A program made the position numbers and the translations under genes. A stretch of 64,000 nt of DNA from Selaginella moellendorffii (lineage: Eukaryota; Plantae; Lycopodiophyta): contig NW_003314290.1 of NCBI RefSeq assembly GCF_000143415.4, positions 434,001 through 498,000 of the forward strand, given 5' to 3'. How positions within the stretch are numbered: the stretch's first letter is position 1; each line of letters opens with the position of its first letter. Positions 1-12,330 of this stretch are shown here, in pieces. Below the pieces are notes generated by a model, which was not told the origin of the DNA, made no database searches, and worked only from the letters and a program-made list of their open reading frames with translations.

Positions 1-733
1 AAGTCTCGTAGGTGGTGTATTTGTTCCCGCAGAGAGATTTGAGGTGGGAGATCTGCTTGCTCGTCAAGTTTTCCGTGAGAGTGAGGACCTCTTGCCCCGG
101 GACGGTGGTGCGCGACATGGGCTTGTGGACGAACTCCACTAGTGGATCCTCCACGACCGGGGGATCTCTGGGAGACAAGAAAGATCGGTCGTGGATGAGC
201 GGGACGAATCCTGGAGTGAGGGATCCGGTTCTTGCAGCAGATGCCCAGTTGAGCAAGAACTGCGTGTGGGCGGAGCCATCGCACACGCGGTGGTGTCCCT
301 CCCAGCTGAGGGCCAGCCCCCCGCAAGCGAAGCGCGTCACCTGGATGATGAGCGGCACGCGGTTCATCCCATCGCCCAGCTCCAGCGTCGACGAGCCGAC
401 GAGATCCTTGACGTCGTTGCCGCGCTTGTCCAGGAAGGGAGCCAGCTCGGAGGAGCACACCGCCTCGACGAAGATCGCGCCTTCGTTGTTGAGATGGATG
501 CAGTGGCGGCCCAGCTCGTCGCGCCCGATCCGCCCCGCCAGCTCCGGGAAGTGATCCAGCACGGTTGCGAGCCCCGACTCGATGCGCGCGGCTGCTCCGG
601 CGGGGGCGTTCTCGTAGAAGAGGACGATGGGCATCTGGCTGGTGTGGAAGAGGTCGAGCGGCGTGAGGAGGACCAGCGGAGGGGCGGTGGCGGGGACGGA
701 CTTGGCCACGCACATCCGCGAGTGGATCTCCAT
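1..733 (-). CDS. BAHD acyltransferase, N-terminal part; runs off the window edge
   Basis: Manual minus-strand translation from ATG at 733: MEIHSRMCVAKSVPATAPPLVLLTPLDL...LATVLDHFPELAGRI...NNEGAIFVEA...PLIIQVTRFACGGLALSWEGHHRVCDG. It has the HxxxD motif and the typical YP/FPxLAGR and QVTxFxCGG blocks. Absent from the ORF track because there is no stop in the window. Confidence 0.9.
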   Translation of the reverse strand, partial: MEIHSRMCVAKSVPATAPPLVLLTPLDLFHTSQMPIVLFYENAPAGAAARIESGLATVLDHFPELAGRIGRDELGRHCIHLNNEGAIFVEAVCSSELAPFLDKRGNDVKDLVGSSTLELGDGMNRVPLIIQVTRFACGGLALSWEGHHRVCDGSAHTQFLLNWASAARTGSLTPGFVPLIHDRSFLSPRDPPVVEDPLVEFVHKPMSRTTVPGQEVLTLTENLTSKQISHLKSLCGNKYTTYET

Positions 734-1223
734 TGCCAAGAAACGATCGCAAAGAAGAAGACGATCGAGAAGAAGAAGTAATCGCTCTCTCGCTCGCGCT
801 CCAAGATCTACAAAGAAGAAAGCTCTCGGGGAGAGGAAGAGATTATATGGGTGTTTCTTAAGCTAACTCAAAGGGTGGCTATGGTTCTTCCACAATGCTT
901 GGATTGTTTCGGAGGGGGAGATTCTACTGTGTCGTGCCCGCCTGACACAGCCATTATTTGCGCCTGGCGTCTCGCGACTTGCGTGGAGGACGAGTGATCT
1001 CTCGCTCTCGCGGTCACGCGCGAGCGATGGATCTCTCGCCACGTCTACGTATTCGTACCCACTCCCTACGTAGACCATACGCTCCAACTTGCCTGGACGC
1101 TTGATTCGAATCTTTAGAAGTTTCCTCGCGTGGGCAAATCGCCACCGTTGGTCCTGAGCGATCCATGAAAGCGAAATGGAAAGACTACTAGCATAACGCT
1201 TGGATCCCACCAACTTTCTCTTG

Positions 1224-1507
1224 TCACATTGCTGTGACTTTGCAGATTGGGCAGAAGTTCTTGCGTACAAGCCACTGCTTGATACAGTTTACGTGGAACT
1301 TGTGACCGCAATCGATCTCGCCCAGATCCTCGCCATTCCAAAAGTCCTCCTGGAAAACAATGCCTCAAACTCTTAGTCAAAGTTCTTTACCTGGCAGATG
1401 CTACACTTGTGCTCGCCATCCCGAGAACTTCCACACTTTAGTAAGCTACGAGCTATCGATTTTTCGCTCAATCCAGTGCTCACCACCCCCATCCTCTCGA
1501 GAAGCTC
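1224..1507 (-). other. Duplicated copy of the last two RING exons (alternative terminal module or partial pseudogene)
   Basis: Exon 1507-1391 ELLERMGVVSTGLSEKSIARSLLKCGSSRDGEHKCSICQ and exon 1349-1224 EDFWNGEDLGEIDCGHKFHVNCIKQWLVRKNFCPICKVTAM*, with intact AG/GT sites. Confidence 0.8.
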
Positions 1508-1764
1508 CTGCAAAGATATTTCTCTGGACGGCCCAATGAAACGAAGATATTTCTCTGGATGGCGAAACGAAGCCTGCGTAGTTTCCAGGAGTTTCTCTCA
1601 CCTTTAAAGTCTATTATTGACTTCGGAAAACAAAGATAGTCTCGAGAATTCCTGCTTTAAAATGCCATTGAAAGAAAAGTCTAGAGTTTATTCTTTCTAA
1701 AAACTAGGATGTGTGTGGAATGAAAGAACAAGGACGTGAAACTCACAAGTTGACGTGCGCGAAA

Positions 1765-3613
1765 TCACGACACTGCTGTGGCCTTGCAGATCGGGCATAA
1801 GTTCTTATGTCCAAGCCACTGCTTGATACAACCGATGTGGAACTTGTGACCACACTCGATCCGCCCCAGCTGCTCGCCATTGCGATACTCCTCCTGGAAG
1901 CGAGAGCCAAACGTTTAGATCTCCTGTTCCAGAATCGCAGTTTTTTTCACCTGGCAAATGCTACACTTGAGCTCCCCATCCTGCCCGCACCCGGCAAACA
2001 GCGTACTGAATCGACACTTTTGCAATCCATGCGCTATCCTCTCCTCGCTCACTCCAATGCTTACGTTTCCCATCTTCTCTTCGAGAGCGAGGAGCTCCTG
2101 CGAGCCGAGTTTCTTCCAGTTTAGAACTTCCTTTTTGTGAAAACTCGGAGCTTACTTCGTAGGTCATGTTATCGACGTCCATCCTCCAGTCGCTGTGGCG
2201 ATCGTGGACCGCCATCCCGCCAAACAAGACGGTGGCTTCCAGCATCAACAGCTGCTGCAAAAAATCATCTTAGGCCTATAGAACCTAGACTGCCAAAAAC
2301 AGCTTTCCCTCACCTCATGCGTCAACTCCTCGTCGTTTTCAACCCGCTCCAACGCCAATAGGATCTGGATAGCAAGTTCCCGAAGAAGTGATCAACAGAG
2401 GAAGCTTTCTCTTTTTTACCTTCGCGAGGCCTTCCGCCATGAGCCGGGGACGATGGTACTCCCACCCAGAAGCCATTGTTGGTGTCGACCACTGATTGTT
2501 GTCACCGCTCGAGGAAACTTGGCCACCTTGTTGGCGAAACGAGCTCGAGGACGAGGGCGTCGCCGCTGCTTCCAGTGCCGCCGAGAGCAACGAGGATGGC
2601 GGAGCTTGCACTGGATTCGAGCTCGAAGCAGCAAGGTGGCGGGAGCCTCTCTCATGGCCACCAATCGGCCTCGGAGATGGCGATCTTCGACCGCTTCCAA
2701 AACAGTTCGAGATGTTCCGTTTTGTAAAGGCCTGGCTGCTCGATTCCGGCGTTTCTCTGGAATCCCTTCTCGCAAATGTCGATCGTTCCGGAGGATGCAG
2801 CGCACTCCTCACGCTCCTCGGGACCGTTTCGGCCGAGCTGCTTGGATCATAATTACGACTCCGGCCACGCGTGTCGACAGTGCCACCAGCCGGCCTTCTT
2901 GTGAGTGAGCTCGCGGAACTTAGTAACCGATCGTGGTCCGGCGCGGTTGAGTCTCTTGACAAACGCAGTGGCGACGAGGAAGAGGAGGCCCCGCCTTCTG
3001 GAGCATCGGCATTCCTCCTGGAAACCTTTAGCCTCTGCCCGTCTATCGAAGTTGACGACCTTCGCAAGTTATGAAGTCCTCTTTGGTTTCTTAGAGCTTG
3101 CTCTTCCGCCATCTTTGCCTTGCCGGAGCCGCCACTTCCAGTGCTTGTGCTGCCGCGAACAAACGAAGAGCTCTTTCGCTTGCAACTCAAGCTTCTCATG
3201 CTCGTCCCTGCCCCCAAAACGTTCGGGTAGGAGGCTCCTTCCAGCAGCGACAGATCAAAGACTTGCTCGTCCTCGTCGGAAAGGCTGGCGGCCGCGTGAT
3301 CTTCTCTTTCACGGGCCAGTTCGTTGTTTATGATGCGAATTCCTTTCCCCCGCTCGGAGTTTATCTTGCCCGTTTCCATCCTCCTCCGTGAGTTCGATGA
3401 CCCCGCTGTGTTGTCTCTAAGAAACTCCATCCTGTTGGATGCTCGTCTTGATCGGGAGCTGGGAAAGCACGAGACCTCCGTCATTCCCAGCCTTGATGCG
3501 AGGTTCCTCCCATGGCTACTACTGGGCTCTACAGACCTTGGTAATTGCGATTCATCCAAGCTCTTCATCAATTGCCCTGTATTCCATCGCCTTTGCTGCC
3601 TTGACCTCTCCAT
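1765..3613 (-). CDS. RING-H2 E3 ubiquitin ligase (MBR/RHG1A-like), multi-exon
   Basis: Long Ser/Arg-rich first exon, then spliced exons ILLALERVENDEELTHE / QLLMLEATVLFGG..DWRMDVDNMTYE / ELLALEEKMGNVS..KCSICQ / EEYRNGEQLGRIECGHKFHIGCIKQWLGHKNLCPICKATAVS*. Confidence 0.9.
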
Positions 3614-5160
3614 TCTTTCGGGTTCTAACTCAAGGGAATTGTAGCTCCTGAAACAAACGCGAGATCATCAAAGAAGGAAAAAAAAAAAAAAAAACGAGAA
3701 AAAGAAAAACACAAAGGTGATTTTACCTCTAGCCGACAAGATCCTCCACGCGCAATCCGTGAGCTTCCATCATCCCTGCCGTGTAGACTGAGACGATCCC
3801 TCACATTTGCCACACCGATGCATCAAATCTTTCGTACTGGCGGCGGACGGAAAATCTTCCTTGAATCTTCCGCGACAGGCGATTACGAGCAAAGGGAGGG
3901 AGGGAGAGAGAGAGGAGGAGACCTAGAATCGTATTTCACCGGCGACGATGTCCCCAACCAGCGCTAGCGCAGCGCCATAGCCGAGCTCCACTCCATCCAA
4001 TCCCTCGCGCGGTGCCCTGGCCGGATCACTCGAGACGCTCCTCTTCTCTCTCACCTTCTTTTTTGGCGTCTTTCATTCTTTTATTCCCACCCATACATTG
4101 TTAAACCCGAGCCTTCGTACGCCAACACCAAAAGAAAATAAAATAGAATATGCCCGTAATAGTTAACCTCAAAACTGCCGTAAAATAGAGCTCGCGATTG
4201 TTACCGTCGGATAGGCGGCAAGAGATCCCAGCCGTCCACGAGAGAAGCTTTAGACTTTTCCACTCCAGGCAATTATTCGCGGCAACAATGCAATGCTCTC
4301 CCCCGTAGCAATCAATGGACACAAGCACCACCACCACTTCCAAGCAAAGCAAGCCAAATTCCAATCTTTTCAATCCGGCACAAACCAAGGAGTATCAAGC
4401 ACACTGTTCTTTAGAGATTTCTCCATAGTTTATAGTTTTTGCGTCCACCGAGAGCTTCGAGACTATATCTCGCCACGAAAGGAATCCACAAAGAGAAGAC
4501 TTTAAACTCAAAACAATGAATGCTTCAACCATACAGCTACCTACGAACCCAACCGAGCAAGCAAAGCCACAAGCATACAAGCCCAGAGAGCCAAGTTTTT
4601 CTTTTTTTCTCTCTTCTTCGAGTCACCAAACACGACGAACAAGGGAAGAAACAAGCACTGTTGCTTGCTTGCAAGGTTGCTAGGCCAGCAGCGGATCAAA
4701 CTGACGCATCGAAGCATTAAAACAAAACAATCCCTGTCTCGAAACTTAAAGACAAAAGCTCTGAAAGGGAAGGAAACGCACCGGTTTAAATCTTTGCGTG
4801 AGTTTGGAAAAACCAATCTCTCTTATCCCGCGGCCGCTTCCGTAAGGCTCACAGAGGAGCATCCAATCGTGGCATCGACAGCGACGCCTCCTAGAAAAAT
4901 GTAACAGTTAGTGCCTCAGCATCACGCCTAAGTGTGGAAAGCTCACAGCGCGTTTACTTCGGGGTTGAGACGTCACTCTTGCTCACCAAGGCGCGGCTTT
5001 GGCTTGCATCACAACGACGTAGATGTTGGAGGAGTGGGACGAGAGTAATGAAAAGCTCAACTTCGCGATGGTCTGTCCATTCACCCATCCCGTGTCCATT
5101 CATTCTCCAAGTATATTTCAAACCAGCACCTCTGAAAAGAGGAAAGTGCCGGCCAGCCTC

Positions 5161-7249
5161 TTACAGTTCATCCTGCACGAAGTGACAACAGCGTTAGCAA
5201 GGTTGAATAGGAGCCTTTTGCAAAAAAGAAGATGCTCACATGATAATCATCGTCGTCATCATCCTGCGGCCAGGAAATGGAAAAAAGCAAAACCACGACG
5301 TGTAAATGTAGAGCACCACACGGAAAGGAAAAGAATCACTACGAACCAGTCGATGTCTTCTTCTCATCCGATCCCTCATGCGCTCCTTGCGCCTGTAGTG
5401 GTAGTCGTCGTCGTGTCTCGATCTTCTACGGTCCCTTTCAGCTCTGTGCGCCGCCGCCTCTTTCTAGATTCACGATGTAAAACCGTCATCTACGATGATG
5501 CAAAAGTCTGTACCTCCTCTTGTTCCTGTCTCCGCTTCTCAGATTCATCAAAAGCCTCTTTCTCCAACTGCAAAATGCAGCAAGTTTAAGGAGAATCATG
5601 AGTGTGATAACTTACATCCTTGTTGGCACCCCACGTAGCTTCTGCCACCGATCGGGCATATTCAGGATCATCACATACAAGGATATTGTCGAAGAGAGTT
5701 CCGGATTTCACCTGTCAATGCGCTTAGCGTTCCTTCGTTAAATGAGATAATTGTGCTTTTACCTGCCAAAGTTCTATACCGATGTACTTGAGATTCGGAA
5801 ACACATACAAGTCGGGATCGTCCTCAAATTCTGCCGAATGAACAGCAATAAGAACAATAAAGTCAAGACGAGAGAATACCTGGATTGTCAGCCCATGGCG
5901 ACCATTTTCCTTTATAGTTGGGATTTTTTATTTTCTGAAATGAATGGCTTCAATAAACGCATTTCAGGGGGAAAAAGAAAGATAATACCTTCGGTTTCCA
6001 TGGTCCTCTATAAGCAGGATTAGGCACGTTTGGTACTTTCCACACTCCATGTTCATCTTCATCCCAGTTGTCAGGCTGTTGAAACCAAAAGACAAGGATC
6101 AAAAAAAGAATTGCAAGGAAATTAAAACCTTTGTCGAGTCTGGGTCTGGAATTTCTGCTGGAATGGAGTCGTACCCCTGCATTACAACCAAGCATATATT
6201 CTCAAGATCGCGAGAAGAAGAATAAATACCTCTGGCTTTTTGTCATCTGGATCCACAAGATACTCTTTATCCTCCCAATCGGCAGGCTGAAAAAATGCAA
6301 AGAGCAAAGCGTAACAAATTTAAAAACGAAAGTCACACCAACCTTTTTAGCGTTTGGATCTTTGATCCGCTTTGGAGGTAGCATATCCCAGTCGGTATAG
6401 AGACTGCCCGAATCCCTCTCTCTGTTGTCGACGAGGATGCTGTAAGTCGCGTCTGGACGAATTATCAACGTATAAACGTGAGTGAGCTGGTCCGTCTCGC
6501 AAGGAACTTCCTTCCGAATCGGATAGTTCTGGCTCTTATACTGCAAAATCGTGTGGATCTTCTTTGTTTGAGTTCCACAAATGTCGGGACCAAACATTAT
6601 GCTGCAAAGAAAAAGGAAGAGAGAAAAACGTTAGAGAGGAATTCAACTCTATAATCTCAACCTGTAAGGTGTATCTCCACTAAATCGCTTTTGATTCATG
6701 TAGCCACTGAGCAACTTGATGTATCCCCCGCCACACTCGATCTTTTGTTCGTGCTTGACGGAGTACTGAATCACAAGCGTCTTTCCTTTCGTATTGAGCA
6801 CCGGGAACTGAGCCGAGATAGCGAAGTAACGAGAATCTGGATATGTCTGGATACCTGTGAAAACCAAACGGAAATATCACCACCCTTAGATCAAGCGCAA
6901 GCTTACATGGAAGAATGCGTACCCTTGTCATCAGGATCACCGTGCCATTTCCCGGCCGTGTGCCGCCAGTTCCCGGCTAGACCATCCGAGCGCTTCCAAT
7001 CGGATTGCACCCAGCTATGCTCCCATCCATCTGGAAGAACACACACGAGACCACGCCACACACAGTGTGTCAGGGTCAGCGAGGAGAATAAGGGATTCAC
7101 CAAAATCTATGAAACATTTCGAGCAATGCTGCTGCCATACCGTCGAATCGCTCCTCAAAGAAGATTTCCGCGGCGCCCGGAAGAGAAAACGCGAGGATCA
7201 CCGCGAACAGTCCCGGCAGGAGAGTGGCCGCGAGCTTGAAAATCCTCAT
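5161..7249 (-). CDS. CRT3: Calreticulin (CRT3-like), multi-exon
   Basis: Signal peptide then EIFFEERFD; [22 protein letters not shown]; [13 protein letters not shown]; Arg-rich C-tail; ends DDDYH|DEL*. Confidence 0.92.
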
Positions 7250-7487
7250 ATTTCCCTGCCGATCCAGCGGATTACGCTGAAATGCAGCCCAGCCGCGGAT
7301 CTACACAAGACGATCGTCGCAAAAGAATGATCGTTGCGGAAGAAATAGCCTACCTTGCCTGGAGCCCAGAGGCCTATGATCGAACCCTCGTCTACACGGC
7401 AATATCGTCCGGGAGACGCTTGACCGTTGACGGACGAGAGAGTCAACAAGAGTCAAGTCATCCTCTTAGAATATCCTCGTAGGGTTT

Positions 7488-9099
7488 ATGGCTTGCTTAG
7501 GATTCAAAGAGAGCGCCAGTGCCAATCGCCTCGACTGGATCCATGGCGTCCGTCCAAGATTGCGGATCAGCTGCGTGGTAAGCCGAATAATCGATCGGTC
7601 GAGGCCCGGGCGCCTACATTTTTTCTATCTATTGATGGATTTGTCTTGTAGAGAAGCAGCGATGCGTGGTCGGCTTTCGAGCAGAAGCAAAGGGATTTAG
7701 CGAGGCAGCGCATTTCGATTCGCAGGCTTGCTCCCAGCGGCTACGTGCTCAAGGATGGAGATGAGAAGCCGCGCAACATTCTGGAAGAGATTATTTGGTA
7801 CAAAGAGACAGAGGTTGCCGAGGCAAGTTGTTTTTCTTTCTCTTATTCTTTTGTGGATGGATCACACTAGATTTTTCCTTTGCAGATGAAGAAAAAGCTG
7901 CCATTGTATGAGATGAAACAAAAGCTTCCTCCGATCGATGGACCGGCTCGAGACTTTGTGAAAGTCTTGAAAGATCGAGCAGCGGAAACTGGACTCCCGG
8001 CGTTGATTGCTGAGGTGAAGAAGGCTTCTCCAAGTCGAGGGGTGATTCAACCCGACTTTGATCCGGTATAGTTTACTTGGCGGATTTTTTCTTCATTTTC
8101 TCGTTTCTGAAGTATCAAGTTCTCTTCTTGTTTCAGGTTCGTATTGCAAAGGCATACGAGAATGGCGGAGCTTCTTGCTTGAGCGTGCTCACGGATTCAA
8201 AATATTTCCAGGCATGCTAGCGTTTATGATTTTCTTAACATGAGATTTATATTGAGATTTTCAGGGGAGCTTCGAGAACTTAAGCTTGATTCGGGCAGCT
8301 CAAGTTCAGGCAAGAAATACTACTTGACTTTGAGCGTTTTTTTATTTTTGTTTGCTGATAATTTTCCTTGTAGTGTCCCCTGCTGTGTAAGGAGTTTATC
8401 ATTGATCCATGGCAAATATATTACGCTCGTGCAAAGGGAGCCGACGCGGTTCTTTTGATCGCGTCTGTCTTAACCGACGACGAGTTACGTTCCTTGATGA
8501 GAGTTGTGAAACAAAACGGCATGTCGGCTCTGGTTGAGGTGAGAAAGCTGGCTCACACCTGGATCTTCACTCGGGTTTTTTCTAGGTTCACAATGGAACA
8601 GAGATGGACCGTGTTTTGGAGCTACCTGGAATAGAGCTCATTGGTATCAACAATAGAAATCTTGGTAAGCGTGATTCGAGTTGCCAGCAATCTAACTGTG
8701 AGGGAAGAAACACGCAGAAACTTTCAAAGTGGACATTAACAACACCGTGAAGCTCCTCACCACCGCAAGGATGGATATAATCCATGCTTTGGGAATCATG
8801 GTTAGTCTATTTCCTTGGGAATGCTTGGGAATTCTCACAGAAAACATCTACAAAACCTTTCTCTGTGCTAGGTGGTGGGAGAATCCGGGCTCTTCACTCC
8901 AGAAGACATAGCAGTCGTTCAAAAAGCTGGAGTCCGCGCGGTGCGTACCATAGCTAGATAGCTTTTCTTGTATTGATTCTCAGACTTTTCTTCTCAGGTT
9001 TTGGTTGGCGAATCTCTGGTAAAACAAAATGATCCGGCAGCTGGGATCGCTGGTCTTTATGGAAGAGATATCTCCAAAGCAAAATCAAAGGCTTCTTGA
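7488..9099 (+). CDS. IGPS: Indole-3-glycerol phosphate synthase, plastid, multi-exon
   Basis: [73 protein letters not shown]. Confidence 0.95.
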
Positions 9100-9349
9100 T
9101 CGGTAAGTCTCAAGCTCTCTCAAGCTTTCGCATGGAAATCTATGATCATGTATCCATGGACTTATATTCACCATCTCCATTTCCCAAGGCACTGTTCTCG
9201 CGGCGTACAGCGATGCTAATAAACAAAGCGTGGTTTTTCCCGGGCATGGAATATGCGGTTTTTGAAAATTGAATATGGGTTTAGGTTAGAGGTTCCACGT
9301 GGCAGATTTTAGAGCAAGCATTTTCCCCGGCTACACATTTTCCCCGGCT

Positions 9350-10176
9350 ATGGCGGCCGCTCTAGTGCCTCGTCCTCTCCTTGCGCCTTCTCCCGCTTCT
9401 TCTTGCCAGGTCCAAACCCTAGGGTGTGTTAGCGGCGCCTGCTTGTCTCTCCGGCATCATCAGTCTCATCTCCATCAGCAATGGCGGATGCGCGCGCCCA
9501 GAGGACCGACGCCGCATTGGAGGATCTTTCGCGTCTTCGCTGAATCCACAGAGGCGGCGGTCGATTCGGATGCGTCTGTGGCGGCCGCGGACGATTCACA
9601 GGTCAGATCTTTTCACTTTGTGGCGTGAGGCCTGGATTGTTTGAAGATCCTGGCGAATGTAGGTTGAGCCAGAGACAGCGAAAGAAGAGGAGTCTGGGGG
9701 AGCAGCGCAAGAAGAACAAACGGAAGCAGAGAAGCTCGTCATGATGCTCAAGGTTTGTAGAGTTTGTTCTTAAAGTTTTCACGAGAGGTGTCTTGTGGCA
9801 CACAGGCCGAAGGCTCCATGCCCGACGTATCGATTCCAATCGTCCAAAGCTCTTTAGAGGTATGCCATCTTCGATCTCCATTTACAATCTTTGCTTATAT
9901 TTTTCTCTTCTCGTGCCAGGCAATGGAAGACGTTAGTGATGTGAGGATAACTACATTCGAAGGTTTGACGTCCATTTCGGTAAGCGGGGCTTCTTCTCTC
10001 TTTTTTTGTTTTTTATATCGCTCGAAAGCCTCACCGGGTTCCCAACCCTCCATTTTCAGCTCACTAAGAAGACAATCATCCAGGCAACAAATGTTGCGTC
10101 GGAGATCGTAGATACAATGGAAAAAGCAGGCTTTAGGATGCACACCTTGAACTTGGCAATTGACGATGAGGACTGA
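9350..10176 (+). CDS. Plastid-targeted HMA-fold-like protein (At5g14910-like), multi-exon
   Basis: Transit-peptide-like N-terminus; spliced core LVMMLK|AEGSMPDVSIPIVQSSLE|AMEDVSDVRITTFEGLTSIS|LTKKTIIQATNVASEIVDTMEKAGFRMHTLNLAIDDED*. Confidence 0.7.
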
Positions 10177-10489
10177 CGCTTCCTTTCCAGGTTCTTTTGG
10201 TTTCTAGTTCTTGTAAATTCACAAGAAACCAGGGTCGTCTCTCAGTTCTCCCAGCAAGAGAGATTTTTTGTCTTGAGAATCCAAGCTTGGGTTCCTTACA
10301 AGTTTTGAGCAAGTTTTAATTTGGTTGACGTTCAAGTTATAGCCATGAAGCACTGTCGCTAGTTTCTTTTCTACGCGTTTTAACATGCTAACGTCTCTTA
10401 TTATTTGTCCGAAGAAGTCTAATCTGATGTGTAAGTGTGGTTTCATTTTGCTTTGACACTAACTATCGCTCGGTTTTTTTTGTAGAAAG

Positions 10490-12330
10490 CTATAGAATCT
10501 GTGAGAGTTTGGTGACAGTAACAGGGAGACCTTTCCGCATTTTCACAGTTCCAAAATAAACAGCTTCGTCGTCTTCAGCAGGGTGCAACCTAGAAAAGAG
10601 CAGGTTTGTTAGCGTTTCTTAAATGTAGTTTTCCTGTTTCTTACGAGTATTTGGTTAGGATAAAATGCAGCAAAAGCGCGATCTCCAGTCTAGCTAGCTC
10701 AGATCCGGTACAAAATCTTGGGCCGCCACTAAAAGGAGTGAAGTACTTAACGCTTTGAGTCTGCAGCAAAGTTATGAGCCTGCTTCAGGTTAAGTTTTGT
10801 GTTTACCTTCCAGCGCCAGGGGTTGAACTCTAATGGTTCTGCGTAAAGTTTTGGATTGAGATGTATCGTGGTCCAACTGGAAACCACTTTCCAGCCCTTC
10901 GGTATCACATATCCTTCTATGAAGTTTCACGCTCAGGAAGTAAGACCAAATTTATATTCTGTCTGGGCTCTCACCTTCAGTTTGAACGTCTTGCAGAGCT
11001 ATCCTATGGGCAGATGTTAGCACGTTAGTGAGCCTCAGTGTCTCGTTTATAACCTGCTAATCTCTACAGTTAAAAACAGCTTCGGACTGTGCGACTTACG
11101 TGTTGAGTGAAGGTCATTTGAAGGTAATCATTCCATTCTAGTGGTTCGTCTGGACTCCTTTTGTTCCTTCGAATCTCAAGATGTTCTTCCTAAATGTATG
11201 GTTTGCAGGATATTGATGCTAAATATGAGCAGCGTACCTGCAGCTGATTTAGCGCTTGTGGATTAGCCAGAAGGTATTTGATCGCCATGGTCATTGCTGT
11301 CGCTGTTGTATCGTGTGCTGCAAAGAGCATGAACACGATGAAGTCGCTTATCTGTTCCAAGGTGAGATTCTTTCCATTGTCATCCTGTAGCAATTGTTGA
11401 AGGAAATCTTTGCGAGCTGTGCAAGGCTTTGTCGTTCTCTCCGCGACCATTTGCTCGACGAGCCTCACGATGTTTTGCCGTCCCTGTCACTCCAAAATAG
11501 TACAAGATTCTTCATTCAACAGGATCCAACTGAACCTTCATGGCTGTCCAGTACCGAGTTCCCGGGATTCTCAAAGGTATTGTCAAGCCGTACACCAAGT
11601 TGAAAAAGTCCTCCTTTATGGTTTTTGTGTTCTCTGCTCCAGGATCCATGCCCAGGACGTGACCAACAATACAGTCGAATGACAGCTGATCACAGAGCAA
11701 GCGATCGTCAAAGCCTGGATCCTTCTCTTCATTCTTACCGATTGTGCTTCGTCCTGGATCTTAACAACTCGTCCCTCCCAAGTTGACAAGAGACTGATCA
11801 CTCGCGCTTGAATTGTTTGCAGGAAATTGTCCTTGAGGCTCTGGGCTTGCATGAAGCTCACCGTCAAAGCTCGCATCCTCTTGTGGAGCTCGCCGCTGGC
11901 CTGCACCATCGAGAACTTGCCGAGGACGCGATCAACGCCAGCGGGATAGGAGCTCTGGAACAATTTCCCTTCGTTGGCGAGGACAAACCTGTTAAAGTCC
12001 GGATCAGTCGTCACGATCGTGGGACACCCGAACAGGTGCGTCTTGAAGATACTCCCGTACCTGCAAGACAAAGCTTTCCTCTTTTCAGGACGCTAAAGAA
12101 CAAAGTTCCTCAAATCCAGCAACAGACCGTGCGACTCTTTTCGCAATAAAAGGCTGAGGCACTCCGATCGGCCTGGTTGCGAGATACTCTAGAGTCTCGC
12201 CGACGAGAGGCCAGCCCATTCGTCCCGGTGGCAAATTCATGAATGGTGGCAGCATTAATCTCCAGACGAGCGCCAGGAAAACACACAAAGCAGCCATTGC
12301 TAGAATCCAGCTCAAGGTCAGTGCTTCCAT
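10490..12330 (-). CDS. Cytochrome P450, CYP85 clan (CYP90/CYP720/CYP724-like), multi-exon
   Basis: LPPGRMGWPLVGET, YGSIFKTHLFGCPTIV, FAAHDTT I-helix, ETLR, FNPWRW, heme motif FSGGPRFCTG. Confidence 0.93.

Noticed and set aside
12-866. ORF-track ORFs 12-554, 191-781, 364-804 and 627-866
   Set aside because: Antisense or off-frame shadows of the BAHD CDS.
4101-5135. Possible extra gene between the RING gene and calreticulin
   Set aside because: Short ORFs with no recognisable motif; could be UTR or alternative exons.
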